Numbered from the stretch's first letter, positions 12,290 through 26,291 are shown. The stretch: DNA of 64,000 nt from Octopus bimaculoides (GCF_001194135.2 NC_068990.1:70371185-70435184); one strand, 5' to 3'. Numbers and translations: made by a program. The notes: generated by a model not told the origin, from the letters alone.

Positions 12290-12802
12290 CATTATCGTTA
12301 TTATTATTATTAATCACACAAATGAGATAAATGATTAAACACTAAATGTCTGTATTTTCTGTTTGACTTTTCATAATTGGTAAAATCCATCCATGAAGAA
12401 TAACTCTTTTAATTCTCTTTAATTAGATTGTGGAATGGAGGTTATCCTTTCCCAAGAGTTTTATTGATTTAAGTGAAATGATTCTAAGCAGGAATCATAA
12501 TATTCATAGACTCAGCTTGCCTACAACTTGCTAAAATTGTACAGCATTCCCCTAAGAGTATAGTATGTGCATGCGCGCACACACACATACAGACATACAT
12601 ACGCATGCACACACCTGCGCATGCACACACCTGCGCATGCACACACACACACGCACACACAAAATAAATAAATGAGTAAATAAGATAAATAATTAAACAT
12701 TTTTGTAGTAATTTTTTTTTAGCTATTATTTCTGTTAAACAAATATTATGAAAAAATATTGTATGAAATAATTGGGGGTTTCTATGCTTTATTGTAAATG
12801 GA

Positions 12803-13190
12803 CACAGGTATGGTTGTGTGGTTAAGTAGCCATGCATTTTGGGTTCAATCTGATTCCACAGCACCTTGGGCAAGTAGTTTTTTTGCTATTGCCTGGAGCT
12901 GACCAATGCTTTGTAAGGGAAATTTGTTGATGGAAACTGAGTGGAAGTTTGGTGTGTGTGTGTGTGCCTTTGTATATGTTTTTTTTTTACCTCCCCTACT
13001 GTCTTCTTGACAACTAGTGTTGGTTTGTTTACACCCCCATAATTTAGCGGTCCAACAAAAAAAGACTGATAGAGTATCAGACTTAAAAATAAAACTTAAA
13101 TACTGGACTCGATTTGTTTGACTAAAAGACTCTTCAAGGCAGTACTCTAGCATTGCCACAGTCCAGGATTGAAACAGTTAAAAAATGTAA
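12803..13190 (+). mobile_element. Near full-length SINE family A with internal (TG)n block
   Basis: Head (ggttgtgtggttaag, gggttcaatc), body, TG repeat, then 3' part (cttgacaac...ttagcggt...gatagagta...tactggactcgattt...gaaacag). Confidence 0.85.
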
Positions 13191-13357
13191 AATGAGGAAA
13201 TATTGTTCTTTTTCTTTTAATGTTTTACTGAAAATAGCCATCATGGGTTTTGAGTTTAATTCTAACTTCAATTGTTTGAAACAAGGACAAAACAGAAAAT
13301 TAACTAATTTTGTGTTATCTTCTTACTTCTAACCCAATGTCTAAATTAATACTTTAA

Positions 13358-13562
13358 CCCTTTAGCATATCCAGTCAAAATAATCTTGTTTTATCTTCAA
13401 ATTGGCCACATCCAGCCTCACACATTTACTCTGCAATATTATTCTAAAAATAAACAATCATATCATTGAAAAGCTCAAAGCTACAAGGTAATGTATGACT
13501 AACTCAAATTAATGTAAATAAACAAGCATTACATTTGGCAGAAAAATCTGACTGCTAAAGGG
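13358..13562. mobile_element. piggyBac-type MITE, second family
   Basis: TTAA|CCCTTTAGCA ... TGCTAAAGGG|TTAA; 205 bp. Confidence 0.88.
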
Positions 13563-13629
13563 TTAATAGATCCAGCCTTATTTTACAAATTATATCAATG
13601 TCTCTGACAGTAAACTGAGAATTTGATTT

Positions 13630-14130
13630 ATAGCACTTATTTCTTCAAGTAAAAACAGTCATTGTAAATACCATTGGGCTCCAGATATATAGGATGTGGT
13701 GGTAGACTAGATCTACTGAGGCTATGGTGGCATAATGTGGCCTTTTGATACCAATAGGGCTCCAACAGCAAAATTATCAGCAGGAAAACTGCAGACCAGC
13801 CCAGCAAGCCAACTTGTCCAGAGAAGAAGAAGTCATGCACAGCTAGATGTCTTGTGAAATGTAGTTCTTCATTGCCTAGCTTCACATCCCTGTTCCATGC
13901 TTACTGCCTGCCTTCTGTACTCATGTACCAATCTTTCAAACAGTCATGTGCCTTCATAACTCTTTTTCAATGTTCTGGCATGTTACCCAGCATCCAGTGT
14001 GACTTACTGAATTCCCACTTCCTTCTCTTGCCAACATGTTAATTAGCATCAATACTATTACAGAGACTTGCTAAATGTTGTCACATAGCTGCAGCTGCTA
14101 GTGTTTCTTAATTGACCACCTCTCAACTGA
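13630..14130 (-). mobile_element. Decayed RTE-like LINE 3' fragment
   Basis: Minus strand peptide ..KRRKWEFSKSHWMLGNMPEH*KRV..EGRQ*AWNRDVK resembles an RTE C-terminus; heavily degraded. Confidence 0.45.
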
Positions 14131-14144
14131 ACATCTGTTCATAC

Positions 14145-14490
14145 ATCATCATCGTTTAACATCCGCTTTCCATGCTAGCATGAGTTGGACGATTTGACTG
14201 AGGACTGGTGAAACCAGATGGCTACACCAGGCTCCAATCTAATTTGGCAGAGTTTCTACTGCTGGATGCCCTTCCTAATGCCAACCACTCTGAGAGTGTA
14301 GTGGGTACTTTTACATGCCACCGGCACGAAGGCTAGTCAGGCAGTATTGGCAACGGCCATGCTCAAAATGGTGTATTTTACGTGCCACCTGCACAGCAGC
14401 CAGTTCGGTGGCACTGGCAACGATCTCGTTCAAATGTCTTTACATGTGCCATCCAGCACAAGTACCAGAAAGGCGATGCTGGGCATGTGC
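14145..14490 (-). mobile_element. 3' UTR/tail of the octopus-type RTE LINE family
   Basis: (CAT)n tail plus tttaacatccgctttccatgctagcatg...gctggatgcccttcctaatgccaaccactc, the same 3' end as the coding copy at 27770-30415. Confidence 0.85.
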
Positions 14491-17400
14491 AGCTTGCTGT
14501 CACAGTAGCTAGAACTTTATTCACTCTTTCATAACAATATGTAGTGGGTGTTAAACCCAGTGATATATTAGATCTAACCATGACTGTGGTGCTCTCAAAC
14601 TTCAACAATCATTTCTAATGAGACTAGGGTTTTCATTTCACATTTGAGGTGAATTCATTTAGGTGATGCAGCAAATTCCCAAGAAGAGAGTTCATGAACA
14701 TCAAACGTTCCTATTTATTTTTTCAGTAAATCTGTGCTCTTGATCTTAAGATAGCAATTATTAGATGGACAGCTGTAGCAAAAGACCACCAGAATAGATA
14801 CTTCAGTATTTCATTTAGCTGAGTTCAAATCAAGTGCTGATTTGCTCTGACTCTTATCTTCCCAGACTGTTATATAATACATCATTAAATAATACATAAT
14901 ATACATTATTAAATTGACTTTACTGCTCCTTTACAAACTTAATTTTAAACTTAGTTGAGAGAAATTCATAATTATTCTATATTATTATTTTTATTTTATT
15001 ATGAGCTTTACATTCAATGTCATAGAGAACACCTGGTATTAAATATGATGTAGTGGTTCTAGAGTCAAAACAATTCTAAAATCATATGTGCTTCTCTAAG
15101 ACTCATTTCATAACTCTCTTCTTGCTGCTAACAAGAAGAGAGTTATGATAAGCAAGACAAATGATAACAGTTAATGTAAGAATTTTCTGTCAGACAAAAT
15201 TTATGAACTCTGTTTACTTAGGCATATTTATTCACCTCATGAGGATGTTTTTCAAGAATCCTTTAAAAAAATATTATGTTTAGCATTTTTTTTTTTTTTT
15301 TAAACTTGAGAATTCTCTAAATTACCAGTTCACATTGATGCAACCCAAAAGTTTTTCTTTACAATCTCTATATTTCAGAAGACTATTTGATGACAAAACT
15401 TCAGTACAATTTCAGAAAATGCTATGCTTTTTTGATTTAATAAAATAACTATAACTATTTTTAAATTAATAGAATACCTAAGTGTAAAAAAATTCTCCAA
15501 ATTGATAATATAGTATTTGATCTAAATTGATTAAAGTGAATTATTTGCCAGGTGATGAGTTCAAACAGATATAATGTTTTGCTGTTTTTATCCAACTTTA
15601 ATTGCAAAAATCTTGAAGCCATGGTTATATTAAATAATTCAGGTGGTGTACCAAATGACATAACCAGGTATATGTAATGGCATATTGAATATCATATTCA
15701 AACTTGCAAAACTGGAATGTTTAACTCCATGGAAATAAAAACCCCACCCCACAAAGTTCCTAAAAACCAATGAATTGCCTTTAATGTTCCTTTTATCTCT
15801 TTCTTTACCTAGAGTATTCTTTCATCATATGACATAGATATTAATGATTTGTTGAGGATGCACAGTCTGTTATTACTTTTTAGTTTTGAACCTAGCCAGA
15901 TTCTCTCCAGCTTTGCCAGGATATAAAAATAAATAGAAGATAAAACAGTAAAAAAAAAAAAAAATCCCATATGAAAAATTATCCTGTCATTGTAGTAAAA
16001 TTCTCTTTTCTGCAGAATATGGACTGAATGTTCTGGAATCCTTTGATCTTTTATTCTCCAATATTAACTTGGTTTTATTGAATATTTTTTATCTTCTCTA
16101 CTAATCCCATTTCTAGAAGAGACTTTGCTAAATGTGTCAGGAATGTCTGATTCCATCTGACAATTCTTAGCCATCTTCCTTTTCTCCTGGTTTATTCTTG
16201 AATAAAGGAAATTATACTGAATGTGAAAACTCTATCACTGTTATCTCTTCCTATGTACATTGATGTACATCAACCATGCACAGAGGTGTATTGATGACTG
16301 ACATACACTAACATGCTGACATAAGATACATAAGGAGCTCTATAAGTATGTCAGAATATTGTCTTCTTTTAGCTTTTCTTTGAAGTAAGTGTGCACATAC
16401 TCTCTGTCCGTCTGTCTGTCTGTCTGTCTCTCTGTCTCTCTCTCTCTATATATATATATATAAAGAAAATTGTGAAATAAATTTTCAAAAGGCTGAATAC
16501 TTTATTAGATGTGTATTTTATATATTTAATGTCTACTTTTTGGCTTCCTCTATTATCTCTGTACCCCCCACCTCATCTTCCAGATATCTAAATCTTGTGT
16601 TTCTGTCTTTCATTTATTTTCTTTTTCTTGTTTGCTCTGTCAAACTGCTTTTTTTTTTCTTCTAAATTTAATGGTACCACAGCATGGCTACAACCTCTGG
16701 CTAAAATCAGTAAAAGAATAACAGAATATATACAACTTCCTACTTTTGCTATGAAGACCTTTATCAACTGTGAAGTAGTGGTCAAGTCTATAATCAGTTG
16801 TGTTTTATCCATGACCATCCTGTTTAGGATTACATGTCACTTTAAAACAATAGGATATCACTTGAAGGAGTTTAGCTGTTGTTTCTAGCAGATTAAGTAA
16901 TTGTAGAGAGGCTTTCTGACCAGTTAATTTTCACTAACATGAAGCCGAACTATAATGTAAAAATTTTTAAGGTGTATTTACACTTCCTTCACAGGGCCTA
17001 ATTACTTATTCACATTCCTCTTCTCACTATCCTCACCTCTTCCTCTCGCTCAAACTCTTCCATTAGTTCAATTAATTCCATTTATAAATGCATTCTCTTC
17101 CGCTCTTTCCCTTTCTCTGTGTCTATCTAACTATCTATCTCTAGCCATCATCCAAGATACCATACAGAGTTACAACAACCTCCAGCTGCATTCTAAAATA
17201 TTTTACTAAACCAAATTCAAGTCTTCTATTTGGCAATAAAGCAATTCTTTGTAGAATATTCCAGGATTGTGTATCATTCCTGTTGGGAGGTGATTCTATG
17301 AAGAATCCTTTGGAAAATGATCAAAAACATGCAGAAATAATTCTGCCATTTCACACTAACCCAACCCATATTCATTCTCTCAATTTTATGAGATTTATTT

Positions 17401-20360
17401 AAAATTTCTAACCATTTTTTTTTCTTTTTTTAAATAGAGTTGAAATTTGTTTCAGTCTCTGTTTTCTGAAGCCAGTGAGAAAAATGTCTATGCAATCTTT
17501 GCTAGAATATTAACTCATTTCAGGTTATATTATACAATTACATCTCTGACCAGAAGTTCTACAAAACAGTGAAACAGTACAACATGCATTCAGTCAGTCT
17601 TAACTAACTTACTTTCCCTCAATGAGGATGTCTGTACATGGTCACTCAACATGTTAGAAATTGCAACCTACAACTTTTTTTAAAAGAAAGAGAAAAACAT
17701 ATTAGATGCCTTGATTTCTAGAGATTTCTAGAGAAAGCCAAAAAGTTGGGATTGTCATAACTGGAATGCCTTCTAATCACAGGTCTATTTGGCAGCTGGG
17801 TCTGATAATTGTCTTATAAATCATAGAGACATTTAGCTGTAAGGTCGCTTTACAGAATTTGAGCCATGTTACTCTAGGGCTTGGGTTTAATCGTAATGAA
17901 TATAGTTTCTGCTAATTGAGTAGCAAAACATTTTCAAAGTACTAACAATGCAATTTACCACTATTCTTAAGACATCATTATAACCATTGTCACTACCATC
18001 ATCATCATCATCATCATCATTGTTTTACATCTACTTTTCCATGCTAGCATAGGTTAGATAGGTTTTTTTGAGCCAGTATTTTTTACAGCTGTATGCCCTT
18101 CCTGTTACCAATCCTTTTAGTTGCCTCTTGTAACATGTAGGAACACAGTGTATGTATTCTTGAACAGGGTATGCATTGTTTCATTTAATATTTCTATTTT
18201 CATGTATACATGATTAATTATCCCTTTCATGAATCTTTGAGATACACAAAACAAGAGCTTTTGTCTTTAACCTTCACTGTGTTGATTAAATTTTTTGCAT
18301 GAAAGCTGATGGTGTATGATCCTAATCATATGTGAATCAGTTTTGCAACCTCTTTCTAACGGCCTGCAAAAATGAAATGTTTGCACTATGTATATAAAAT
18401 GTGGAGAATTCCAGAAAATACCCTTCTATCAGAAATGAGTTAATTTGGTTCCTGGATCTCAAGTGCACATGCATAGGGCTGAGTATACTCAGTTTCTGTA
18501 CAGTAACAAACTTGACAAATTTCTCTGAGACTAAGACTAGTCTATTAAGGGGCATAGTTTGGAGCAGATGGATGTGAGCCAAAAATAATTTTTAATCACT
18601 TGAAATTACTCATGTAATTAGAAGAAAAGATCATTAACATGACAAGTTTTATCAAGACAGGTAAGGGAAAGAACTTTGAAATCTGACAACTTAAATAGAA
18701 AAATGTAATGTGGGAATAATTCTGATCTTTTGGTAGGTACAGTAACTCCAAATATCTTCAGTGAATTATGATTTTATATATATGTACCAAATCTTAGAAA
18801 TGACTTGAGAAGGCATAGCTTTTATGTGAAATTTAATCTGATGGTTAACTTGCCTAGAAAAGGGTATGTGTCTATTTCTTTACCAAATGAAAATTGATCT
18901 AAAACAGGATTAGTATTCTTGCATTCATAGAGAATAGTAGCACTTGTTCTTGAGTTAGCCTTGACAGTAATTAAGTACCTTACTTATAGGACATATGGAT
19001 TGGACTCATCCAATTACAAGTATCATTGTATCAACAATAAGCTCACTAAGAACATTATGTAAATGAGTTATTGTGTATACAATGGAAGTTGTACATACAA
19101 TATATAATATTGTACAATATTGTATATGCAATGGAAGTTAAGGTTTTACTGTTGAAAGTTTTCATTTTAATTTATGTTCACCCAAATCAGCATTTGAGTA
19201 ATTTTTCAGGTTAAATATTAAAAGATCAAAGTAAAATATTTCAGTGACAGTGAAGTAGATGTAGATATCAGTGGAAGGGTTTAAACCACTCATGATGATA
19301 ACTACGCAGTAAGAATGTGAAATAACTGGATGGAAAAGATTTCTTGCTAGTATAATTTAGAAGCACTGATGATGATAATAACAATGATAATAGAAATGAG
19401 GATAATGTTAACAGTTTTGATAATAATAATAATAATAATAATGGCAACACTGGTTGGAGAAAAGACAACAGAATTGAAAACTAAAATGTTTTTCACCAGA
19501 AGCCAGTCAATCTATTAGGCAGATTGAATAATTTAATAAAATAAACAAGTAAGAGTTGCCAATATCTTGTTGAAATTTTCTTCAAACTAGAAATAAAACC
19601 AGCAGCTGTTAGAAATTTATCACACTGGTCTTCATAAAATGAAATTGCGATTTGAAAACTGAGGTTGCTAAATAATGAGATACAAAAACGTTTGAAATGA
19701 GGAAGTTTAACTACTATGAAATTCATTGAGGCTAGTCTGTATGCATGTATGTATTAGGTTTAGCCATATTTCTAACGAAGTACACCACCTATGACTTTAG
19801 ATTAATTTTGAATATAGTTAGAAATTTAGTGAGGTTTAGTAAAAGAACTAACATTTTCCTTATTAAACCAAGGTTTTTTTTACACAACAAAACAAAAGAC
19901 TCTAAGATTATGATGGAAAGTTTTAAGTATGAATACTATAAAATATGACATTTTCTCTCATAGAATCATATAATGATTTTGTACAGTTACCGTTTACTAA
20001 ATTCCACTTCCAATGCATTTGTCAACCTGAGGCTTTGGTGGAAGGCAACCACTCAACAGTGCATTTGATTGTGAAGCATACTTACCAAACACACAGCCAT
20101 GTCCTCATATTATTTTCTTGAAAAAAAAAAAGTCACCTTATATTAGTCCCAGTTGCACTTTAGCTTGAATATCTTTCATGATAGCTCTGCTCAAATGGGA
20201 CTGCATTAAATGATGATGATGTATTACTCTGAGGAATTAGAGGCTGTTAAAGATCAGAACTGGTCCAAAATAGGAGTGATAACTAGTTCCTATTCTAACA
20301 TTGGTTAGGGGTTTCTTCCATCTAATTGCCCCAAATGCTAATTTCTAAACCCAGTGGATA

Positions 20361-20395
<35 letters not shown>

Positions 20396-20936
20396 CAAGA
20401 GTACACAGTATGGAGTTAATAGTTTTACACATGCTGTAAGGTAGAATCAGAGATAGCAGATGTTAGAGAGATTGTTTCTTCTTTACAAATGAACCACTAA
20501 AACTACTGACTATACACTGTGTACTTTTTTTTTTTTCTCTTTGGTTTTGTTTTGTTCCTGGTACATTTTCATCAGATTACCAACCATACCGACACAGGCA
20601 TTTAGATTATTGGATTACACTGGACTTTTTTATTGTTATCACACTTGTTAACAGCTCACTTCAACTGAAATGTTGTTTGCTGACTTTAATAAATGTATTT
20701 TCATTTAATACTTAAATATTTAAAACATATCTCAGCTATTTCGTAGCAATTTATAGATTTTTCTTTGTTTTGATCTTTCTTTTTCTAACAGGCCTATCCA
20801 GTATTCTTAGCCAAGAATAAATACCATTGCAAATTTACTTTGGTACCATTCCAATATAGTAATTTTAACTTGCTTCAGATAATACCTCCTAGTACATTTC
20901 TAATTTTAAGTGAAATTTTCAATCTTACTCTCCCCT

Positions 20937-20937
<1 letters not shown>

Positions 20938-20987
<50 letters not shown>

Positions 20988-21010
20988 CTCTCTCTTTCTC
21001 TTTTTCACTC
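20938..21010. repeat. (TC)n microsatellite
   Basis: Perfect then degenerate TC run. Confidence 0.95.
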
Positions 21011-21649
21011 TCCTCCTCTCTTCCTCCTTGTGCCAGTGTCTGTGGTTATTTTCTTTAGAATATTTCATCAATATTTCATTCTGTCTATTCTTTTAGTTTT
21101 ATTCTGGTTATGAAGTAATGTAAATAACCCTGACCCTACATGATGTGTCTGAACCTATTTATTCACTCAGTCATTATGTTCATTGCAATTCTTCTATTTC
21201 AACTATGTTCTTTTTTCTACAATTCTCTTGCTGTTTCCAATTTGTTTCATTCCATGCAATATTTACTTAACTTGCTGTTCTTAAGAAACATTTGTGGGTA
21301 ATTTACTGTATTACAAATAAAATAAATGCTATTGTTACTTTGCCTTCTCTTGAAATACCCATCATATATTTTTACACAGAAAACAAAGGAGCTCCTTTGT
21401 GGTCATATGTAGGATTGTGATTTTATGTAAGGAAGTGTGTTTCTTGGTTTAGCTGTTCTGTACAGTCTGCTATTGTATTGATTATAGCAATTTTACTTGT
21501 CAGTTTAACATAATTAGAAACCATAAATTGTTTATGTATTTGACTCTGTTGACAGACAAATCATTAATCACTGCATAATGTATTCTACTTTAACAGAAAT
21601 GATTTTAACATGGATGTGTTTTTGTTACAATTCAATATTTATAATTTGT

Positions 21650-21995
21650 ATTTTTGTCTCAACTCAGAAATTATTAACCATAACCATATGTAATTATTTG
21701 ACCAAAACCACATATAATTTTGTCACAGACCAATGATTCTTAATCCCTACTATAAATTGTTATGTCTAAGTCTAGCAAATATTAACTATAATTATAAGTA
21801 TTTTCATCACAAGCCTGTGATTATTAACCATTATTATAAATACTGAATTTTTGTTTCAACCCAATGGCTATTAGCTATAACCCTACGTATTTTTGTATCA
21901 GCTCTGTAATAGTTAACCATGCTCACATTTTTATGTCAAGTTAACAATTGTTATCCTTACCCATATGTATTTTTGTCACAAGCCAGTGAATTTTA
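21650..21995. repeat. Old degenerate minisatellite, about 41-42 bp unit
   Basis: ttttgtcacaagcc.gtga.t.ttaacc-like motif near 21718, 21759, 21800, 21848, 21890, 21927, 21969. Confidence 0.65.
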
Positions 21996-23582
21996 ATTGC
22001 CATGAAAATGCTGTTCCTATGCCAATGGTTGTTTGTAAATTGCCATATGGTGTTTCTTTTCACAAGCTATTTTTGAAAAATCTATTTCCTAGAGATTTTA
22101 GTCTCAAGATAGTGGTTGTTAACCATTTTATTACCTCATGTATCTTTGTATCAAACCAGTAGTTTCTGGTTCACCCGTGGCCAACTTTTGGTGCAGCTAT
22201 GATCAAAGATATTCCAAACATAACTAATTTATCTTTTTACATATCAAGGACTAGATGTGTATCATACTTTTTTAAGATGGTAGGGTGTAATTTGATTGAC
22301 TTTGATTGCTATTTCAGCAGGCTGAAATAGTAATAAGGCTGAACTAGCATAAGAGCACTCTTTTTGAATTGGCAAACCAAAAGTGATTTACCAGTGCACA
22401 ACACATATTTGTCACAAGTCAGTCTTAAATGAACATTGCCAAATGTATTTTAGTATAAAGACTAGTTTGAGAAATAAAGACATAGCACAAACCAATGGCA
22501 CTTAAGATATATTTCACTATCGAGACTTTTTGGCTGATAATAACTATTGCAAATTATTTTTAGTTACAAAGCAATCTTTCTTTGATTCATATTTTCATGA
22601 AGAGATTTACTTCTTTCAAATTCTCTTTAAGTTATTGAATAAAGTAATACAAAGCAATCTTTTGACAACAAAAGAACAAGCAGAATGCACAGATAGTGTT
22701 GATTGTTCACAAAGACTACCTAGCTTTATTTGTTCTAAAGTAGTATGTGCATACAATGTGAAATATATATAGATACCTGAATTTATATGTGTATAGACCT
22801 GTGTATATGTGAACTAGCTTTGGAAATTATGTATTATGAAATTAAAATAGTTCTTTATATATATATGAATACCCCATTCTGCAAAGGACTAGCAAACATA
22901 TATATGTATGAAATCACACACATGTGTACATGCACACAAATCAAGACAATTGCAACAGTAATTCTTAGCTAAGAACACATTCTACTTTGTCAAAGGTCTT
23001 TCACAGGAGGTGAAAAAGGAATTAGGTGTAGAGGAATGGTATGTGAAAACCTTTTAAGGTATTGATGAGGGTACTTTTAGGTTAGGGTTGGGGTTGGCAA
23101 CAATTTTAATGGAGAATTTAGAGTTGATAATCAGTAGAAAAATGTTTCAAGTACAGAATCCAAAGGCCCACAACAAACTGCTACTTGAGTCAGAGATGAT
23201 GAGAATTCCTTATGCAAACTAAGAAGTGGCATCATTCAGTCTTGACTGTGTTCTTTATGCATTTTTATTTTTAATAGTTTAGTCAGAGTAGGAAGGATTT
23301 CCATGATCAGTAGAGATGAGGATGAAGTTATTTTCATACTAGGGATTGAGACCATATGCATTTAACAAGTTAGATTCCATTCAAGTCATCCAAAAGCTGC
23401 TGATAGATTAAGTATACAGCCCAAGAACTGAAATACTCCCTCCAATAGTTTTCACAGTTTCTATCCTCTTAATTTCATTAGCATAGCTTTAGTTGGCCCT
23501 AGGGACTCTGCTGTTGGACTAAACTTGAAAACATGTAGTTGTGAGATAGACTTCTTAACCACACAGTCATGCCTGTACCCTG

Positions 23583-24284
23583 AGTCTACAGTTTATTTGT
23601 TAAGTTGTTGGGCAGTGCCCTACATATAGTTCCCCCAACAAAATTGTTGACTGTCATTGGAACTGGGAAGGCACTTTAACCACCCTGCCCATGCATGTAG
23701 TCACTTGGTTGTTTGGTGACTGTTCATACTCAAGGGTTAGTGTGATTTGCCTAGGGCAGCCCTTGTTTGGTGATTGAGCTACTTGGATAGGACTGTCAGT
23801 ATCGAAATGAGCCAGTTTCAATCTATCTATGGAAACCGTGTCTTGTCATCTGTCAATCAGGAGTTGGAACAATTTGTCTCCTAGACATATCACTTCATAT
23901 GGGCCATCATAGGGTGGCTGGAGGGGTTCTGTCATGTGTCATGTCAAACAAACACGAACTTCGCCTTGCAGAGGTCACTTGGTATGGATGATTTAGGTGT
24001 ACCATGTATTGATATGGGAATAGGACATAACTGGTCCACACCACTTATAGCTTAATTAAGCTATACACAATAAAACCAACAGAGAACAAGAGTATGTTGA
24101 TGTAGAATTTATTTTGCTACATTTGGTTATACAACATTAGGGTGAAAGCAATCAACTGACTGGTGCTTCAAAGAAGTCCTGGATCACTGGAAGTTCCTTC
24201 ACTGCAGACAAACTCACTAGCTAACCTACAGTGAAGTTCCTGTCTACAGTTTGTCTGTTATAAGTCCTTGGGTAGTGTCCTACA
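23583..24284 (-). mobile_element. Internally deleted Ty3/Gypsy LTR element (TRIM-sized)
   Basis: LTR starts match (plus strand gtctacagttt...tgggcagtgccctaca ending 23624 vs gtctacagttt...tgggtagtgtcctaca ending 24284). PPT-like tcccccaa at 23631-23638. Integrase tail on minus strand EPLQPPYDGPYEVI...DTVSIDRLKLAHFD. Confidence 0.75.
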
Positions 24285-24439
24285 GTCCCATGATTACTGG
24301 TGAAACTAGACCAGTGATGATAGAATGGATATGTGGTGTCTTACGCTGTGTTCTATGCAAATTACAATAGATTGATAATGTTTTAATTTATTATAGACAG
24401 GTCACAGTGTCTATAATAGGATTAAGACAGTTTCTGATG

Positions 24440-24720
24440 CTATTAACATCCTCTGTTATACTATTATCAACAGCTTCTGCTCTGACCTACTCCATTATCA
24501 ACTTCTGTTCTATCTGTACTATTATCAATCTCTGTTATAAACTGCACTATTATCACCTTGTACTCTAACTTACATTATTATTAAACTCTGCTCTAACCTA
24601 TACCATTATCAATCTCTACTATAATTGTACTTAATATCAACCTCTGCTCTAACCCATACATATTATAGACAATCTTTGTTCTTACCTCCACCACTATAAA
24701 CCTTTGCTCCAACCAACATT
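24440..24720. repeat. Degenerate minisatellite, about 28 bp unit, about 9 copies
   Basis: Units such as ctattatcaatctctgttataaactgca, ctattatcaccttgtactctaacttaca, ttattattaaactctgctctaacctata. Confidence 0.75.
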
Positions 24721-26291
24721 GTTACAGTCTACTGCTATTTTAGACTGTTCTATTGATTAGTACTACTTTAACACCTTCTTTTGCAGATTGCTGCTTCAAC
24801 ATAGACTATTAAAAATCCTTTAATCTTTTCTACTAAAAGCTGGTGCTTTGATCTCTCCACCACTGTGAACAGTGATTTTTCATTGTTGCATTTATACTTC
24901 ACCATCACAATAATCATTACTATTGCATTGCTACCATTTTCTCTCTCTTCATCACCACCATCATATTCATCACTAGTTTTTGTGTATTTGTCTTTCTCTG
25001 CTGGCACAGGTGGAATTGTTAGCAACTAGACCACGTCAAACCTAACCACAAAGGATTCTCTAGGAATCCTTTCATCTTTTACCTAAATAAACTCTATTTC
25101 ACTAATTATTGATTTTTTTTTTCAGAAAAATTATTTGTATGACTAAACAAGGAAACTAAATCTGTTCCATTTTATGGTTTATTCTTAGTTGCTTCTCTAA
25201 TTTAAGTAAGGTCAAGATAGCATTCATAGCTCATTACTGATTTTTATTTAAGAAAAAAAGACAATCCTTTAAAGAATAACTGCTATTTAAAGAATAGCAG
25301 CAGTTTGCAGTCTTTAGGTAGAGATATAATCTTTTGTTTTTGAAATATTCGATAAAATGTAAATATTCATATTGGCTTCTGTTGTTCCAGTTTCACTGAA
25401 GCTCTCCTGACTCTGCTCATTACCCATACTGTGTCCACCATTTCCCAGTCCCTCCCCCTCTTCACCATTATACCCAATCCTTTCTTCCCACAATATTATC
25501 CCCCTGGGATTTCCTCCCTTGTAACTGTCACAAGTCACTAACTTGTAACACTTTCAATGTCCACTGTATCATCACCAATGTTATCAGTCACAGAGAGCTA
25601 GTGAAAACTCATTCAGTGCATTTTCAACCAAACCAAACCAAACCAAATTAAAAAAAAAAAATAATAATAATAATAATAACAGTAGAAGAAAAATGGGAAG
25701 AATATGAAAAAAAATTTGAATGAATTCGTTTAGATTCTAAATTAACTTGAATAAAAGGTCCTAAATCACAATTTATTTTTCAGATTTATTTTTTATGTTT
25801 TTAATCTTATAGCAGTACCTGATTCAACATTTAGCTATGATTTGACCTTGTCTTCAACTACAACCAATCTTTTGGGGTGGGGAGTTTTCACTTTCTTTGC
25901 CTGTCAGACTCTCTCACACACACACACACTCACACTTTCACATAAATGCATGCATGCACACACACTATCACATAAACACACACTCTATCACATAACCACA
26001 AAGCTACTGTTACCTATTCTCTCCACCTTGGAGTCAGGTCTTAAAGGTGTGGTTAAACTCTGTAATTGGTTTAACTTTGCAATGGCGCTCCTACACTTAG
26101 TCATGACTATTCCTGTTATTCTTTTAAGTCTTTAACTATTTATAGTCTTCAGTCTCAGGTCAAACAAATATTTCCATTCACATTTCTTTTTATTATTAAT
26201 TATGAAGGCAATTAAGTAGAGGCCATCAATTAAAGTCTAACTTTAGTGACCATTATCGTTGCTGCTGCAAGAGTGGAGAGAGTCAATGATG

